From Cyanophora paradoxa CCMP329 (taxonomy: Eukaryota; Plantae; Glaucophyta): a DNA stretch of 64,000 bases. The stretch lies in assembly GCA_004431415.1 (NCBI GenBank), contig QPMI01000214.1:87651-151650 (forward strand), in the 5' to 3' direction. Positions 60,033 through 64,000 of this stretch are shown in pieces (the stretch's first letter is position 1; every line of letters starts with the position of its first letter). The position numbers and the translations under genes were made by a program. Under the pieces are notes generated by a model that saw only the letters and a list, made by a program, of their open reading frames with translations, did no database searches and was not told the origin of the DNA.

Positions 60033-63000
60033 CTAGCCCTTGAACGAGTCGTAGCCGCCGCCGGAGGCGCGGCGGCCGATTGGCGCGAGGGCGCCCGGGC
60101 GGGGGAGGACGGGGGGGAGCTCGCCGAGCAGGGAGCTTGAGGCCGGGCGGGGCGCGGGGGGCGGGGCGGCGGTCGGGGGGCGGGGCGCGCCGAGGGGGGC
60201 GGATCCAGTCGATGCGGCGGGGGTCACCCTCGGGAGGTCCCGGGGCGGCGGGGCGGGCGCGGGCGCGGGCGCGGAGCTCGAGGCGGCGGCGGAGCGACTC
60301 GAGGAGGTCCCCCGCCTCGTCCACCTCGCCCTGCCCCGGCCCGCCCCGCTCCCGCGCCGCGCCGCCGCGCCGGCCCCGCCGCCGCCCCGGCGGCGGGCCT
60401 CGAGGCGGCGGCGGAGCTCCTCGAGCTCGGCGACCGCCTCGGCGTCCATGGCGAGCTCCACGTCGCCCCCGTGCGCCTGCCGCCCGCCAGCCGCCGCCGC
60501 CTGCGCGCCGCGCCGCCGCTCGACGCCGCGCAGCAGCTCCCCGATCTGCTCTTCAAGCTCGCGGTCGGCGTCGCGGCCGCCAGGGGCCCCGCTCCGCCCC
60601 CGCCGCGCCCGGCGCGCCGCTCGAGGAGCTCCTGCAGGCGCGCCTCCGCCGCCGCCTCCTCCGCCCGAAGAAGCCGCTCGCCGGCCCCGGCCCCGGCCCC
60701 GGGCTCGCCTCCGCGGGGAAAAAGCGCCGCTCGCGGAACTCGGGGCGGGCGCCGGGGGGCGGGCGGCAGCGGCGGGGGCCGCGGGGCGCAGCCAGTCGCG
60801 GTCGGGTGCGGGGGCGGCGGCGGTCGCTCCCGGCTGGGGCGTGGGGAGGGGGTCCAGCCAGGGGTTCGCCCCCCGGCCCCACTCAAAGCGCGCGGAGGGG
60901 AGCTCCGAGGGGTGGGGCGTCTCCGGCATCGCCGGCAGCAGCGCGCGGGGCGCCTCCTGCCCTCCCGCCTCCCCGCCCCCCTCCACCTCCAACTCCGCCC
61001 CCACTGGAGCAAGCGCCGGCAGCTCCGGCGTCGCCTGCTCCCGCGCCCCGGCTGCTGCCCGTTCCGACGCCACGAATGAATGCGCCGGCGCCGGGGCGGG
61101 CGGCAGGAGATGTGCTGGGGCGGGCGGCGGGGCGGGGTCGGCGGCGGGGACGAGCTCGGAAAGGGGCGGCAGGCGGCGCCGCTCGGCGACCGAGGGGCCA
61201 GCCGCCAGGTCGCCCCCTGCAGCGGCGGCAGCCGCCCGCGCCTCGCCGCCGGGCTCGCCCCGGTCGCCGCCTCCTCGCCGCCCGGGGCGGGGGCGGGGCA
61301 GGGCGGGGGCGGGGGCGGGGGCGGGCGGGGGCTGCACGAGGGGCGTGCTCCACGTCTCGTCCAGCCGCGGGCCTCCGCCGCGCCCGCCGCGCCGCCGCCC
61401 CACGCGCCCACCCCGCATGCCGCCTCGGGGGCCGCCTCGGCAAGGAGGGCGTTTCGGGGCGGGTCGGGGCGGGCGGACTGGCGGCCGGCGGCTCGACGAG
61501 GGGCGGGCTCCAGGTCTCGTCGAGGCGCGGGGGCAGGGGCGCGGGGGCCGCCTCGAGGCCGGCCCCCGCCAGCGGGTCCTCCACCCTCGCCCGCACCGCC
61601 ACGGCCGGCAGTGGTAGCCGCCCGCCCGGCGCCCCTGCCCCCGCGTCTGCCGAGGCACGCCGCCCGGCCGCCGCGGCGGGGAGCGGCGCGAGGGCCGTCA
61701 GCGACGCCGGCCGCGGACCGATCCCCGTCGTCGGGCCGGCGGGAGCGGAGCCGGCCCGCCGGGGCCGGCTTGGGCTGCCGCGAGGGGCGGCAGGCGGACC
61801 TTGCCGCGGGCGGGGCCGGCGGCTGGGGCGGGGCAGGGGCGGCGGGGGCGAGGGAGGGCCGACGCTGGTGTAGCTCGCCGGGAGCGTGCGCTGCGGCGCT
61901 ACTCCCCGTCGCCACCGCCCGGTCGCCCGACCCGGCCGCCTCCGCCCTCAGCGGCAGCAGCGCGACTCCCGCGGCGAGGCTGCGGGGGCGCGTGAGGGCG
62001 GTTCGGGGATGAGCAGGGCGGGGCGGGCCTGGAGTTGAGAGAGGAGGCCAGGGCGGAGGTGGAGGGGGAGGAGGGGGTGTTGGAGCCCGGCTCCGCGAGG
62101 CTCTCGAGGATCGCCGAGGGGGAGGCGCTCTGCCGCAGGATCCGCACCGCCGCCTTGCGCCGGTGCTTCCGCAGCGCCCGGTACGCGTCCCGCACCGCCT
62201 GCCGCGCCGCCTCGGCGGGGGCCTCGGGGCGGGGCGGGGGCGGGGCGGGGGCGGGGCGGGGGCGGGGCGGACGGTGACGACGGCGCGGAGGGAGCGGAGC
62301 TGGTTGACGACGAGGAGGAAGGCCATGGCGGCGTTGAGGCCGACGAGGGCCGGCACGATGTCGCCCCCCGTCGCCCCCGACTGCCGCGCCAGCAGCGCCA
62401 CGAAGATCCCCAGCTCGATCGCCACCGCCCCCATCTGCGCCGCCCCGCTCGCCCCGCCGCGCCCCAACGCGTCCCCCGGGGGCCCCGCGCGCCTGGATGT
62501 AGTCGTCGAGGGGGTTGATGTGCGGCCGCGTCGCCACCAGCACGAGCAGGAAGGCCTGCGCCCCCCGCCCGCGTGAGGCGAGGGCGGCGCGGCGCCGCGG
62601 GGCGGGGCGCCGGCTGACCGCGACGATGGCGACGATGGCGGCGAGCTCGCGTGTGGCGGCGGGGGCGTCCGCGAGGGTCAAGTTCCCGAGCAGCACGGAG
62701 ACGGTCAGCCGCTTCGCCAGGTCCACGCACCCCGTCAGGTACGCCTGCCGCGGCCCCCGCAGCGTGAGGCCCCCGCGGGGAGGCGGCGGCGGCGGCGGGG
62801 GCGGAGGCGGACGAGGCGCTCGGACTTGTAGAGCTCGAAGAGGGGCGAGAAGCGCGTCACGAAGTTCGCCGTGTCCTGCTCGCCGTGTTCGCCGCGTCAC
62901 GAAGCTTAGGCACGGCCCCGGCGGGGCAGGGCAGGGGGGGGGCGGGGAAAGCGGACCCGGACGGTGCCGAACCAGCAGGAGCGCTCCGAGGTCTTGTCGA

Positions 63001-64000
63001 TGGCGAGCACCTGCGGCGCCGGCCCCGCTCGAGCTCGCCGCGGGCGCGGGCGCTGGAGCGGGGCGGGCGGGGGCGGGAGCGGGCCTTGCGGAGGACCCAG
63101 AGGATGGCGGCGAGGGCGGCCCCGAAAGGGAACCACACAACCGCGAAGAGCCACTGCAGCGCGCTCCGCCGCTGCCCCGCCCTCAGCGCCCCGCCACGCG
63201 GGGGAGGGCCGGGGGGGAGGCCGGCGTGCCTTGCGCCAGACGGGGACGGCGGCGGGGGCCGACTCGTCGCTCGGGTTGTCGCTGCTCGGCGGCGGCGGCG
63301 GGAGCGTCTGGCGAGGCGGCCGCGCGTCAGCTCGAAGGAGAGAGGGATGTGCTGTCTAGGGGTGCCTGCGGAGGCGGGGGCGGGGCGGACGAAGAAGAGG
63401 ATGGACTCGGCGACGGAGACGGCGTGGTAGAGGACGCCCCCGGCGAAGAGCACGAACGACGCCAGCAGCGCCTGCGCCCGCGCCCCCCCCACCCCCCCGC
63501 CTCAGCCCCCGCCCCGGTGGCGAGGAGCCGGCGCAAGGTCCCTCGCAAGGCCGGGGGAGGCGCATGGCTCGCTGTGGGGGGAGGGGCGGGGCGGGGTGGC
63601 GGGGGGCGCACGACGACGACGGCGGCGACGGCGACGAAGGCGGGGTCGGGGACGCCGAGGGCGCGCCCCGACTGGAGGCCGAGGCCCTGGATGGCGAAGA
63701 GGCCGAGGAGGATCTCGATGCGGGGGATGATCATGCGGAAGTCGCGCGGCTTCGCCCGCCCCGCCAGCTCCGCCTTGCGCACCGCCCGCCAGTACGCCAC
63801 CATCAGCGCCAGCCGCACCACCTGCCGCCCCTTCAGCCCCCGCGCCCCCGACCCCGCCGCGCCGCGCGCTGGCGGCGGGCCTGGATGGCGGAGACGCAGA
63901 GGGCCGTCCAGAAGAGCGCCGACGCGAAGTGGCGCTTGGCGTGCGCGATGCGCGCCTCCCGCACGCTGCCCCCGCCCGCCCCCTCAGCGCGGCGGCGGGG
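60033..64000 (-). CDS. 5'-truncated multipass membrane protein (TRP-like/Flc-type C-terminal TM region) with long Pro/Ala-rich tail
   Basis: TM segments IIPRIEILLGLFAIQGL, ALLASFVLFAGGVLY, LFAVVWFPFGAALAAILWVL; FVTRFSPLFELYK motif, then VDLAKRLTVSVLLG, FLLVLVATRPHINPLD, AIELGIFVALL, LVGLNAAMAFLLVVNQL; ends GGYDSFKG*. Family call is by recalled motif only. Confidence 0.65.

Overview
Very GC-rich, intron-dense eukaryotic (protist/algal) nuclear DNA; most ORFs in the supplied track are GC-rich read-through artefacts, and the real genes are spliced. From 1 to about 43.3 kb there is a compact gene region, much of it in head-to-head pairs: an ERICH3-like protein, peroxisomal acyl-CoA oxidase (PTS1 -ARL), mTERF, Mpv17/PMP22, a UBA/CUE+RCC1 protein, a DnaJ-like Zn-finger protein, 3-hydroxyisobutyrate dehydrogenase, an LRR/coiled-coil protein, two membrane proteins, a ~14 kb single-chain fungal-type fatty acid synthase (AT-ER-DH-MPT-ACP-KR-KS-PPT) and a hypothetical gene. 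43.9-59.7 kb is a tandem array of ~4.7 copies of a ~2.85 kb unit, one copy interrupted by a 2.37 kb non-autonomous hAT-like element (10 bp TIR, 8 bp TSD). A multipass membrane protein gene runs off the right edge. The most striking unexplained signal is that non-coding DNA is full of a stereotyped micro-insertion: any 3-mer X becomes X-C-rc(X)-G-X (+8 bp) or X-rc(X)-X (+6 bp). Five with/without pairs are visible in this window. This looks like accumulated hairpin-type excision footprints of a 3-bp-TSD DNA transposon. Also notable: frequent GC-AG introns with a GYSCGC donor consensus, an intron apparently copied from its neighbour, and a transit-peptide segment shared by two unrelated genes. 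Exon boundaries and start codons were read by eye and are approximate.
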